64,000 nucleotides of DNA. It comes from Eledone cirrhosa. Lineage: Eukaryota. A program made the translations under genes and the position numbers. Each line of letters starts with the position of its first letter. The stretch's first letter is position 1. The notes beneath the pieces are model-generated. The model made no database searches. It had not been told where the DNA came from and saw only the letters and a program-made list of their open reading frames with translations. This document shows positions 1 through 15,899 of this stretch, one piece after another. The stretch spans positions 337,652,001-337,716,000 of the forward strand of contig OZ024742.1 in the NCBI GenBank assembly GCA_964016885.1, written 5' to 3'.

Positions 1-294
1 CCTCTCTCTCTCTCTCTCTCTCTCTCTAAATCGCACCTTGAATTTCTCACCGACTTATCTATCTCCTCTATCTCTCTCTAACCTTTCCTCCCACTCTTCC
101 CGCTATCTCTCTCGCTCCTCTCTTCTGTCTCTCTCCCCTTTCTTTTCTTCTGTTTCTTTTTCTCTCTCTCTCTTTTCTCCTCTAAATCGCTCTTTCAATA
201 TCTCACTGGACTTATATCTCCCTCCTCTCCCTCTGTCCCTCTCTACCCTCTACCCTACACTTCCCACTATCTCTCTCTTCTCCCTCCACACAGC

Positions 295-3200
295 GAAATG
301 GACTGCATACAGGAAAAAGGTGAAATTAGAAGTCAGCGAAACTGGTCAAAAGATGGAACTAGCGTTTTTGATCAACGGGTGGACCATGGTTGATGGGTCT
401 CCACCAAGCAAAAAGATGGCGGAGAATCTGAAAAGCCATGGGTTTCTGAGGACCCTGGCACAGATAGAGAGAAAGAGAAAAGAAATTGAGAAGGTGTATG
501 TCCTCATAGCGCCACATATGACGATGCTAAGCCGTGTCCTCAGGGAGGAGAAAACCGAAGAGAGAGATGAGGAGAAAGAGAGAGAAAAAGAAAAGGAGGA
601 GAGCACAAGCACGGACCTGAAAGAAAATGAGATACCCTCTGCCACACAGTCAGGGAGGGCAGGCCGGGCAACCAAACAAGCAAAGGGCAAAGGTGAAAAG
701 CGAAATCACCTTCTGAAAGAGAACCAAGCGCAGAGGGACCAGTAGACAACTGTTCAAAGGAAGAACAGAAAGCACCGAGACACTGCGGAGCAAAAAAACC
801 CAAGTAATGTGCAAGTTTTTCAAGAACGGGACATGCTGGCATGGAGAGACAGGGATGGGCTGCAGATTCGCCCACCCTAGGTCTCAAACGAACTATGCCC
901 ATCCTACTCGCGCAACATGCCCCAGCCAAAGCCGAAATAAGCCAGCTCCAGAAGTATGCTGATGTCGCGCGTGCCGCACCAACAAGGAGAAGGCACGCAC
1001 ATGCCGACGTGATACAGATGGCAGCAGCAGAGCAGAAAAATTTTTTAGTGATGGCAGAGAAGATTGTGGACAGCTGACCTGGCTGCATCATCTCCAGAGC
1101 CAGGGTCATCCACACCAGCACTCGAGACCAACCACAGTTTAAAGGACCCAGAGTGGCCGCCACTGACACCAGACCAGGTGTCATACCGACAAGCCATTAC
1201 TGGCCACCACCCAAAAGTCACACCAATGCTGCTGCTGAATGTCAGAGGCCTGGTGAAACTCAGTAACATGAGTAAAATTTTCTACCTGGGAGACTTAGCC
1301 ATAAGCAATCAAGCACTATGCATGGCACTAACCGAAACGCACCTGACACAGCAATATAGCAGATGCAGAAATACATATACCGAAATATACTGTATTTCGT
1401 TCGGACAGGAAGGAGAGAACTCATGGTGGGGTTGCTCTGTATATCCGTGAAGATGTCACACCAATTGTACTGTTGACACATTCAAACTCAGTCTGTGACA
1501 CACTGATAGTACATATGAAGCAACTACAGACAGTAATATGTGTCACATATATCGGCCGCCCGATGCCCCCAGTCATGAGGGTAAATTTGAGGATAGCCTA
1601 AGTAGGATAGAAGAAGTCCTTGACAAACTGGACCAGGGTCTCAACATTCTACTGCTGGGAGAACTTCAACCTACCAAAGGTCAAATGGCCTGAGGGCCAC
1701 CTCCTCCCTGGAAATGATGTCAATAGAACAGAGACAGACGGAATCCCTGCTGGCCTTCACACACACAGGCTGTTCATGGAGCAAGCAATACTCCTCCCCA
1801 ACAAGAGGCGAAAATGTCCTGGACCTCTGTTTTACAAACAACGAAGTGCTCATCCACAATGTAAAGATGACACACCAACAATTCTCTCGGATCATAACTT
1901 AGTAGAGCTAATGATATATGGTCCAAGAGAACCAACAGAGACAAAACCACCAAGAAGCTCCGGGACGCTATCCAGCCTTAACTTCTAACAAGGCTAACTG
2001 GAAAAAGATTAAGAGAGAAATCCAGAAGCAAACATGGAGTGAAAACACCGCCCACACAAGACACTAACACACAATTTCAACACTTCATGACAACGATACA
2101 CACTATATGCAAAAAGTTTGTCCCGGAGAAAGAGGCAAACAGACACAAAAATCTTATTCCCAGAGATAGGAAAATCCTTATGAGACGTAGAACCAAACTC
2201 TCAAACCAGTTGAATAGTCAACAAAACAAAAACAAGAAGGAATCCTATTTGAAATGTGCATTACTTGGCACCGAGATTGCACTCAAGCTTTCCCATGAGA
2301 ATGAGAGGGCAAAGAAAGAGAGAATAGGGCCATACATTAAAACAAACCCTAAGGCCCTCTTTAAATTTGCAAAAGAAACTGCTTCAGTACACTGCAAGAT
2401 TGGGCCACTCTTCCATACAGACGGTTCATTAACCGAAAACCCCCCAAGAGATATGTGAAATACTGAACGAACAGTACAAAAGTGTGTTCACATGTCCACT
2501 GAGGCACATGCAAATAACGAAGCCAGAGGAGTTCTTTGATGCCACAACACTACATGAAGAAATGGCAACCATCAACCACATAGACATAACGGAGGAGGAT
2601 GTGGTGTACGCCATTGATGAAATTAGAACAGACTCGGCTGCTGGACCTGATGGATTCCCAGCAGTTCTCTTAAAAATACTGTAAGCGGGCCTTAGCAACT
2701 CCACTGAAGATGCTCTTCAGAAGCTCCTTGGCTAGCGGTGTACTACCCCAGGGAGCTGAAAGAAGGCACAATATGCCCTATCCATAAAGGAGGTAGCAGA
2801 GCGGAGGCCAAAAAACTATAGGCCAGTCTCCCTGACGTCACATATCAGTAAGGTCATGGAGTGAGTCGTCAGAAAGAAACTGATCACTTTCCTCGAGGAA
2901 AAATGACCGCCTGACTAGCACGCAACATGGCTTTCCGCCCAGGAAGAAGCTGCCTTACACAGCTGCTACATCACTACGACTGGGTACTGAGACAACTACT
3001 AGACAGCTCACATGTGGACGTGATATATCTTGACTTTGCGAAGACCTTTGACAAGGTCGACCACGGAATGATATGTCACAAAACTACACGGACTCGGCAT
3101 AACTGGAAAAGTAGGTGAGTGGCTGCATGGCTTTCCTAAGGGACAGAAGCCAGGCAGTCGCAGCAAATGGGGCCCTCTCAAAGGAAAACACCAATAACAA

Positions 3201-4314
3201 GTGGGGTGCCCCACGGGGACAGTCCTGGGACCACTACTGTTTTTGGCGTGGCTCTCTCAGACATGCTCTCTGTAGTACATACAACAACATCACCTCACTA
3301 GCTATGCTGATGACACTAAGGTAGCACAGGCAATCAAAAACCCGGCTGACGCTGCCCTTTTACAGCAGGATCTGGATGCCATATACAAATGGGCGGAAGA
3401 AAACAACATGCAGTTTAATGCTGGCAAATTCCAAGCCCTACAATATAAACCTCCAAAAGAAACCTGCAAACACAAATATAGTGGAACACAACTACACAGG
3501 ACCAGGAGGGACCGATATCCCCGTGTCGAAATCGATACGAGACCTGGGCATAGACATGAGCGATGATGCATCTTTTTCTTCACACATCATGAAAGTGGTG
3601 ACAATGTGCAGACCCACTCGCTGGCTGGATCTTGAGGACTTTCCGGACAAGAGATCGAGACACCATGTTGACACTATGGAGGACATTTGTCCTAAGCCAC
3701 CTGGACTACTGCTCCCAGTTGTGGTCACCCCATAGTGTCAAACTAACCACGGAGCTTGAGGCAATCCAGCGAAGCTACACCAAGAGGGATTGCCAAGATG
3801 AGGGAGACAAGCTACTGGGAGAGGCTAAAGGAACTGAACCTCTACTCCTTGGAGCGAAGACGGGAGAGATATGCAGTGATCTACATGTCGAAAAATCCTG
3901 GAGGAACTAGTACCAAACTTTGGCATTGGGAGCTGGACCAACCGTCGCGAACAGGACGTCAGTGTGTGGCGCCAAAGGTCCTGTCCTTCCACATCTAGAA
4001 TAAGGAGCAGGTATTGCCAATAGCCTGGGATTCAAGGGCCCTCAACTCTTCAACAAGACTGCCGAGGGATCTGAGAGATTTGCATGACGTGGAGGTGGAT
4101 GTCTTCAAGAAACATCTCGACACCTTGTTATCCAGGATCCCGCCGGATTAGCCCACAGCAAGACACAAGGGAAACCTAAGGGCAGCAGCAACAAACTCCC
4201 TCTTACACCAGTGGCCAACCTATACAGGCTGGAGATAAAATGTGTAGCAACAAGGGCGGTGCCCCAGCATGGCCTCAGCCGGATGGCTGAAACAGGTAAA
4301 AGAGTAAAAGAGTA
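295..4314 (+). mobile_element. CR1-group non-LTR retrotransposon (ORF1 + APE/RT ORF2), near full length, heavily frameshifted
   Basis: Ordered APE motifs across frames (LLLNVRGL, LTETHL, YRPP, NFNLP, LDL, SDHN), then RT motifs (GPDGFPA, NYRPVSLTS, FRPGRSCLTQLL, YLDFAKTFDKVDH, YADDT, DLGI, LDYCSQLWSP). 3' stem-loop CAGCC..GGCTG and short (GTAAAAGA)n tail running into (TA)n. Confidence 0.9.
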
Positions 4315-4394
4315 TATATATAATATATAATATATATATAATATATATATATATAAATATATATAATATATATATATATATGATATATATATAA

Positions 4395-4998
4395 TATAGT
4401 AATAATAATAAATACCTATGGTAAGGTTTTTGCGTATGCTTGTGTATGTACGTATCTGTTTGCGTGTATGTATTTTATTTGTTCCTATTACTTCTGTATT
4501 GTATTTATTTACTTTGTTCTTAACTCTGTAGCGGAGATTCTCATTCGGTCTCCTAGTTAGAATTTTAGTCTACGACTTCTGCTATACCATTTACGTGGTT
4601 TTGTCTTTGCACGCTATTGTTCTCCACGGCTCCACATATGACTTATTATCTTCGTTTTTTCGTTCATTGCCAGAGAACGTCTCTATGCACCACTTAGAGA
4701 ACATTAGTCTACGACCTCTTTTATACCATAAACGTGGTTCTGTCCCTTGCACGTAATTGTTTTTCAACCGCTCCTATTGATGACGTATTATTCGTTTTTT
4801 CCCGTTCTTTGCCAGCGAACGTCACCATGAACCAAAGTATCGTCTTCCTGTCTTCCCTCCGGTTGCAACGTTTTTTGAAATATCCAGTTCTGCGTTTACA
4901 GATTGACTTACAGATTGACTTTGTTAGTTTCAGAAGATCCCGTTAAGGGTGAAAGCAGCAGCGATTCTTTGCTTAAACTTTAATCTGTTATTTTAATA

Positions 4999-5000
<2 letters not shown>
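4395..5000 (+). mobile_element. (TA)n-embedded insert, probable Penelope-like pLTR remnant
   Basis: Flanked by TA tracts. Internal diverged duplication (4565-4685 vs 4704-4822). Degenerate hammerhead-like motif at 4926-4979, ends in AATAAA. Confidence 0.45.
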
Positions 5001-5029
<29 letters not shown>

Positions 5030-5052
5030 TATATATATATATATATATATAT

Positions 5053-5498
5053 GGAACAGTTATATTTAAATTGTTGGGTTACAACTAGTAAAATATTTAT
5101 AACTGATATAAAAGCACTCGACAAATATTTGGAGTATATTTACAATATTAAATAAATGGAAACTATATTTATAAAACCATATTTATTTCATTAATATATT
5201 TCCAGGGATATCATATTAACAATATGCTATGCCTTCCTCAGACAGAAATACAATATAAACAGTTTTATAGATAAATAGATTCGACATACCGTAACACCAT
5301 CGACTTGTATTTGAAATCAAATCAACCTTTTCAAATACAAGTCGATGTTGTTACGGTATGTCGAATCTATTTATCTATAAAACTGTTTATATTGTATTTT
5401 GTCTGAGGAAGGCATAGCATATTGTTAATATGATATCCCTTGAAATATATATAATGAAATAAATATGGTTTTATAAATATAGTTTCCATTTATTTAAT

Positions 5499-5504
<6 letters not shown>
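5053..5504. mobile_element. Penelope-like inverted pLTR (176-bp arms, 12-nt loop, one-sided 88-nt tail)
   Basis: 5141-5316 is a near-perfect reverse complement of 5329-5504. Sits inside (TA)n. Each arm has a CTGAGGA...GAAA hammerhead motif. Confidence 0.75.
5395..5461 (+). ncRNA. Type I hammerhead ribozyme motif (imperfect stem II)
   Basis: TATTTTGT-CTGAGGA-[AGGCATAGCATATT gtt AATATGATATCCCTT]-GAAA-TATATA-TA-ATGAAATA. Stem I has 8 bp with two G-U pairs; stem III is palindromic. A more degenerate mirror copy lies at 5184-5250 (-). Confidence 0.6.
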
Positions 5505-5539
<35 letters not shown>

Positions 5540-5770
5540 ATATTAATATATATATACATATAGTATATATATATATATATATAGTATAATATATATATAT
5601 ATATAATATAATATATAAATAATATATATATATATATATATAATATATATAATTATATATATATATATATATTATATATATATATATACTAATATATAAG
5701 ATATATATATATATATAATATATATAATATATATATATATAATATATATTATATATATATAATATACTAT

Positions 5771-5829
<59 letters not shown>

Positions 5830-5857
5830 ATATATATAATATATATATATATAGTAT

Positions 5858-5889
<32 letters not shown>

Positions 5890-5963
5890 ATATATATATA
5901 TATAATATATATAATATATATATATATAATATAATATATATATAGATTATATATATAATATAT

Positions 5964-5995
<32 letters not shown>

Positions 5996-6154
5996 ATATA
6001 TATAGTATATATATATATATAATATATATAATAATATATATATATATATATATAATATATATATATATAATATATATATATTAATATATATATATATATA
6101 ATATATATATATATATTAATATATATTATATAATATATATATATATATATAGAT
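5505..6154. repeat. (TA)n microsatellite
   Basis: Direct reading. Confidence 0.98.
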
Positions 6155-6281
6155 ATGTAGGAGGTGAGTTTTTATTGTAGTACAATAAAGCAATGCAGAT
6201 ATCGGATAAGAAGCACTCTACAGTTTGTAGGACTGGAGTATGCATAATATAAGATCAAAAGATGGTTAAAGGAGTTCCATG

Positions 6282-6352
6282 TATTTTATTATGCGCATTT
6301 CAAAAACAAACATCATCATGCAATAATATTTGTGTTTTCATCAGATAAGACA
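6282..6352 (-). ncRNA. Type I hammerhead ribozyme
   Basis: Minus strand reads TGTCTTAT-CTGATGA-16-bp stem II-GAAA-TGCGCA-TA-ATAAAATA. Confidence 0.8.
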
Positions 6353-8462
6353 GGAGAACATGATATGAAGACTAAAAAACACTTGTGGATAGTGCAGTTT
6401 TAAATCAACATATGAAAAAGTGGTTTTAGATTGAATGTGTGATATTGGGAAAAAATATTTTATTTAGAGAGGGGGGGGTGGAAAGGATGAAAAGGGAAGG
6501 AGATGAGAGGGAGAGATGGGTGATAGAGAGAAAGAGATAGTTTTTTATAACTGAGAGGAGATATATTTTTTACATAGAAAGGTTGAAAACCGTTTGGAAG
6601 ATACTGTATAAATTAAAAATTTTGAAAATTAACGAAGGGAGGATATGTGCGAGGAAAAAATATTTTATTTAGGGAGGGGGGGATGAAAGAAAGGGGGAGG
6701 AGATGAGAGTGAAGGTGGAGAGGTGAGAGATGGGTGATAGAGAGAAAGAGATAGTTTTTATAACTGAGAAAAAGATATATTGTTTTAACATAGAGAGGTT
6801 GGGAACCGTTGGAAGATAATGTATAAATTAAAGGAATTTGAAAATTAACGAAGGGAAATTATGTATGAAGATAGAGAGAAAAAAATAATAATTGTGGATG
6901 AATATTCTAACGTCAAAAAAAGAAATGTTATATATTGTGGCAATTTCAAAATTAACGAAGAGAAAAAATTATTAAGGTTTGTGTGTAGAAGGATTTGAGA
7001 AAAATAATGTGAAGTTAAAGTTTGTATATTGGTTGAATTGATAATATATGCGAATAAAGAGTTAATATGTATTAATAATGAGTTCGTTGATGGGGAGAGA
7101 AAAAAATAATAATAAATTAAGGATGAAATTGAGATTTAAAAAGATTTATGATAGAGAGAAAAAAATAATAATGATTGCGGATGAATATTGTATATGTTAT
7201 GATTTTACAAGGTGAAGATAGAATGAGGGTAATGAGTAAACAAGTATTATAGAGTGTATAATGCCCTTTAAAGTAAGGTAGATGGGTATATTTTAAAGAG
7301 GTGTATGTATATGTGCCTTTGAGAAAAGATTCTAAATTGATGAAATGAAAAATTTTACCATTATCTCTAACCTAGATTCTATAATAAATAGACGCACAGA
7401 TTTGTTTTCTATCTGCCTGCATAAATTCCATAGAACTTTTCACAAAGTATACAGTTAATATTCAATTCTTTATCAATTTAGAATCTTTTCTCAAAGGCAC
7501 ATATACATACACCTCTTTTAAAAATATACCGCATCTACGCTTACTTTAAAGGGCATTATACACTCTATAATACTTGTTTACTCATTACCCTCATTCTATC
7601 TTCACCTTGTAAAATCATAACATATACAATATTCATCCGCAATCATTATTATTTTTTCTCTCTATCATAAATTCTTTTTAATCTCAATTTCATCCTTAAT
7701 TTATTATTTTTTTTCTCCCCATCAACGAACTCATTATTAATACATATTAACTCTTTATTCGCATATATTATCAATTTCAACCAATATACAAACTTTAACT
7801 TCACATTATTTTTTCTCAAATCCTTCTACACACAAACCTTAATAATTTTTCTCTTCGTTAATTTTGAAATTGCCACAATATATACATTTCTTTTTTTTGA
7901 CGTTAGAATATTCATCCACAATTATTATTTTTTTCTCTCTATCTTCATACATAATTTCTCCTTCGTTAATTTTTCAAATTCCTTTAATTTATACATTATC
8001 TTCCAACGGTTCCCAACCTCTCTATGTTAAAACAATATATCTTTTTCTCAGTTATAAAAACTATCTCTTTCTCTCTATCACCCATCTCTCCCTCTCCACC
8101 TTCACTCTCATCTCCTCCCCCTTTTTTTCATCCCCCACCTCCCTAAATAAAATATTTTTTCCTCGCACATATCCTCCCTTCGTTAATTTTCAAAATTTTT
8201 GATTTATACAGTATCTTCCAACGGTTTTCAACCTCTCTATGTAAAAAATATATCTCCTCTCAGTTATAAAAACTATCTCTTTCTCTCTATCACCCATCTC
8301 TCCCTCTCATCTCCTTTCCCTTTTCATCCTTTCCACCCCCCCCCCTCTCTAAATAAAATATTTTTTCCCCAATATCACACATCAATCTAAAACCACTTTT
8401 CATATGTTGATTTAAAACTGCACTATCCACAAGTGTTTTTTAGTCTTCATATCATGTTCTCC

Positions 8463-8534
8463 TGTCTTATCTGATGAAAACACAAATATTATTGCATGAT
8501 GATGTTTTGTTTTTGAAATGCGCATAATAAAATA
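8463..8534 (+). ncRNA. Type I hammerhead ribozyme
   Basis: CTGATGA 8471-8477, long stem II, GAAA 8515-8518, palindromic stem III ATGCGCAT. Predicted cleavage after A8526. Confidence 0.78.
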
Positions 8535-8571
8535 CATGGAACTCCTTTAACCATCTTTTGATCTTATATTA

Positions 8572-12465
<3,894 letters not shown>

Positions 12466-12687
12466 ACGTGTATTCAATACGAAGCAGCTTTTTAAGATGT
12501 CCGTTGTACAAGAATTGTTAGGATTTTTCTTCGTTTGCTCTTTTCATTTGGAAACAGAACGAAAGTTAGATAAAAGTAAGAGAGGGGCAGAAAAAATAAG
12601 AATATAAAAAATGTGTATTTGCAATTGATAATGTTTTACTACAATGCACCATTAAGAATTAACCAATTTAACTTGATACTATCGTTG

Positions 12688-12742
<55 letters not shown>

Positions 12743-12898
12743 ATACATACATACACACACACACATTATCAACTATATACTGAGATTTGAACTTGGTACG
12801 CAAGATATTATTTATGACGCTCTACTGATCCTGCTATTGATCACTTCATATGATCACTTCATAACTAAATATGTAAATGTTTATGTTAGATCACACAA

Positions 12899-12931
<33 letters not shown>

Positions 12932-13094
12932 GCAGAGGTTATATTTTATTTGTTGGGATTCAACAAGCTTAAAAATTTGACTATCCAGACTATCCTGACT
13001 ATCCAAGAAGCTCCAACCGTTAAGGTTGTCTTTTTTCCGGGTATGTCAATATTTATTTATAAAACAAATCTATAGTTTCCATTTATTAATATAT

Positions 13095-13127
<33 letters not shown>

Positions 13128-13586
13128 TACAGATTACTCTGTTGTTACTCTGGTTTTTGCGTGATCAGCGGAAATTCGCGAAGTCGATGTAGCAACAGAG
13201 TAATCTCAGTAATGTAGTATTTTCCTAGTGTTCATAAACCCAAACCTCCGGGTATATAATTTGGATGCTGCTATATATATATATAGCAGCACCGAAAAAA
13301 AAAATACAACCGAAAAGATTCTTTGAAATAAAATAAGATATAAAATGGACTTCACTCCACTGGGAATTGTCATTGTTATCATATTATAATTAACGTAATA
13401 TGTCATTTAAATAACAAATAAATAAAAATCAAGTGTTAAAAGGTTTCTAAATTTAAATTCTTCATTAATGCCAGCTTCACCTCCACCGCATCACCATGTT
13501 TGAAACCGAAAGAGAAACTACTTCGAAATGGTCACAGCATGTCGGCAATTACAATTATTGTCATTATATATAACACACACACACAC

Positions 13587-13628
<42 letters not shown>

Positions 13629-13740
13629 TACACACACACACAGTATTGACGGTCGCGTGAATGAGTGCTCAATAGAATTTAATATATTCACTAAAAAATA
13701 ACCAGACTTAAGCTTAGCGTTCAATAAGGATATATATATA

Positions 13741-13920
13741 TAAGAAAATGTTTAACCCCGACGGCAGAGCTCAAGCCGTTTCGACAGAAATAGCCGTCGA
13801 AACGGCTTGAGCTCTGCCGTCGGGGTTAAACATTTTCTTATTACCCACTCTACTACCCTAAGTATTCAGTACTCTTGTGCGTTATGATCCATCTGGTTCC
13901 TTACTACACTTCCTTCGTTA
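13741..13920 (+). mobile_element. Minimal Penelope-like hairpin insert (perfect 45-bp arms + 80-nt tail) with the 3' half of a hammerhead
   Basis: 13741-13785 is the exact reverse complement of 13796-13840. GAA-ACGGC-ttgagctct-GCCGT-C gives stem III plus a GUC site. TA flanks. Confidence 0.7.
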
Positions 13921-14739
13921 TATATATATATATATCGGTATGCGGTTGCCGGCTGAGAGAAAAGAATACTCAATACCGAAGTAGTTTTAATATTTTGGCT
14001 AAAAAGTGAATCTTGATACTCTTGAGTAACAATACTCACTATTGAGCTTTAATAAAAATGATCATATAGATACACGCACACTTTTACCTCATTCGATATG
14101 TACCCCCTCCTCCCCACACTAGTGTTTGTAATGTACCCCTCACCCGGTGCCCTTGTGGCTCATATAAGAAACCATCATTTATCAATCATCATCATAGCTA
14201 AAATGAATCCCAGTGCTATATATATTGGAGTGGATTCAGTCGATGATACTGTGTTTAAAAAATCGCGGTATAGTGGCAGTAAGTTCTTGGCAACTCGGTT
14301 TCGTATCACCTTCCCAACGATAATAGTATGAAACCTATGTGATTTTATTTCTTTCAAATGAGCGATAAACTATTCAGATTGTCTAGGTTTTAAATTGAAT
14401 TTTATACTAGCTTATTTAATAAAGTATAATTTTTTTTAAATAGTGACAAAAAATATAATTGTTGCTTATGTAAAAAGAATTCTTGAGCTCCGGAGGATGA
14501 GAAGTTGTGATAACCATGGTTTTCTCTAAGACGTTAACACAATTATAATAACTAGCTAAATAATTATTTCTTAAGCTCAAAGGTCTAGGTGTGTTAGAGT
14601 GAATACACTGAAAGAGGTGTTTAATGTACAAGCGTCCATAATACATTCAAACATTAACTGAATGAACACTCAATACATGTAAGCAATATAAGATATATTT
14701 TCTGAAGAACAAAATTAGTGACTTCGAAGTTTCAACGTT

Positions 14740-14785
<46 letters not shown>

Positions 14786-14819
14786 TACACACACATATAT
14801 ACATATATGTAGTCCTTAC

Positions 14820-14949
14820 CTGATTCCTGAGTTGGGGTATCCTCGCGAACAGACATGCACATCATCGTATAATGTGCTATGTCGAAATACGGGTACATTT
14901 TCAGTTTGGTGACCGTTTGGGCGATGTTCAAGAACGTCTGAGGATCCAT
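14820..14949 (-). CDS. TMEM38: Trimeric intracellular cation channel (TRIC/TMEM38 family), first coding exon
   Basis: MDPQTFLNIAQTVTKLKMYPYFDIAHYTMMCMSVREDTPTQES(G) matches the invertebrate TRIC N-terminus (MDPxxFLDxAxxVxKLKMxPYFDxAH). CAG|GTAAG donor, phase 1. Downstream exons were not found in the window. Confidence 0.9.
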
Positions 14950-15400
14950 GATGTTGGTTAACGTTGAGAGATCCGTGGTGGCTTAAGGGGGGAGAAAAAA
15001 AGTAATACGAAGACGGAGAAGAAGCAAAGAACTAAGAACCTGCAGATGTTTCGTGCGTGGAAGACAGGGGTGCTTTATTTCGTTTTTGACAGGTGATGAC
15101 GGCTAGATGTTCATCCGTTATTCCCCACTCGTCACCAAACGCAGCTACTACTACTACTACTTCTGTTTTCAATGCTGCTGGTATGTTCTGTTCTTATTGG
15201 TAGGAGGAGGTAGATAACACAGTGGCGGGGGTTTCGGTTTAATTTACGGGCATGTGTTGCGAAGTGATTGTATGGAAGATATTTGACCGTTATTAATCAA
15301 TGTTGCTATTAGCACGGAAAGGAAGGGGACGAAATAATATTTATTTATTTACGGGCACGTGAGAGCTGCAGAAGCAGGGAAGTAGTTTACAGTAATATCG
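14950..15400 (-). promoter_or_regulatory. Probable 5'UTR/promoter of the TRIC gene
   Basis: Non-repetitive, CpG-enriched stretch directly upstream of the ATG. Twin motif ATTTACGGGCA(T/C)GTG at 15242 and 15347. Confidence 0.5.
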
Positions 15401-15899
15401 TTCCCCCCCCCCCCCTTTATCATTTCTAGCTTTGTTAATAGATCTGAGAGTAAATCTACTTTAACTGCTAGTACTACAGCTAATTACACTAGTGGTAAAG
15501 ATTTATTAATACTACTACCAATACTGTAGTCACTAGTACCACAGCAAATTACGAGATTAATATAATATTATTAATACTACCACAGCTAATCACTGTGGTG
15601 ATATATATTTATTAATACTACCACCAATACTGTAGTCTCTTGTACCACAGCTAATTACGACAGTGGTAAGGTAGTATTCAGTAATATAACTATCCCGTTC
15701 AGCTTTGATAAACACTATACAAAAGCGCCCTCTTTTAGTATAACTCACTTAGATTTTCCAAGGAAAGATAACTCTTCGCAGACTTATTAACTTTTTTTGT
15801 TCTTAATTTGAATTCTCCTTCGCCATCTTTCCCGTTACAATTCATTCACCATTCTGTGTGCTAAGACTTTGATGTAGTATCTATTTGATGTTTTGCAAA

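Larger units (their letters stand above)
6155..8571 (+). mobile_element. 5'-truncated Penelope-like element with ~1.1-kb inverted pLTRs
   Basis: About 6245-7341 is the reverse complement of about 7472-8571. The spacer encodes KFTIISNLDSIINRRTDLFSICLHKFHRTFHKVYS*, homologous to the end of the GIY-YIG ORF at 47698-48218. A 90-nt tail is present only on the left arm. TA flanks. Confidence 0.88.
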
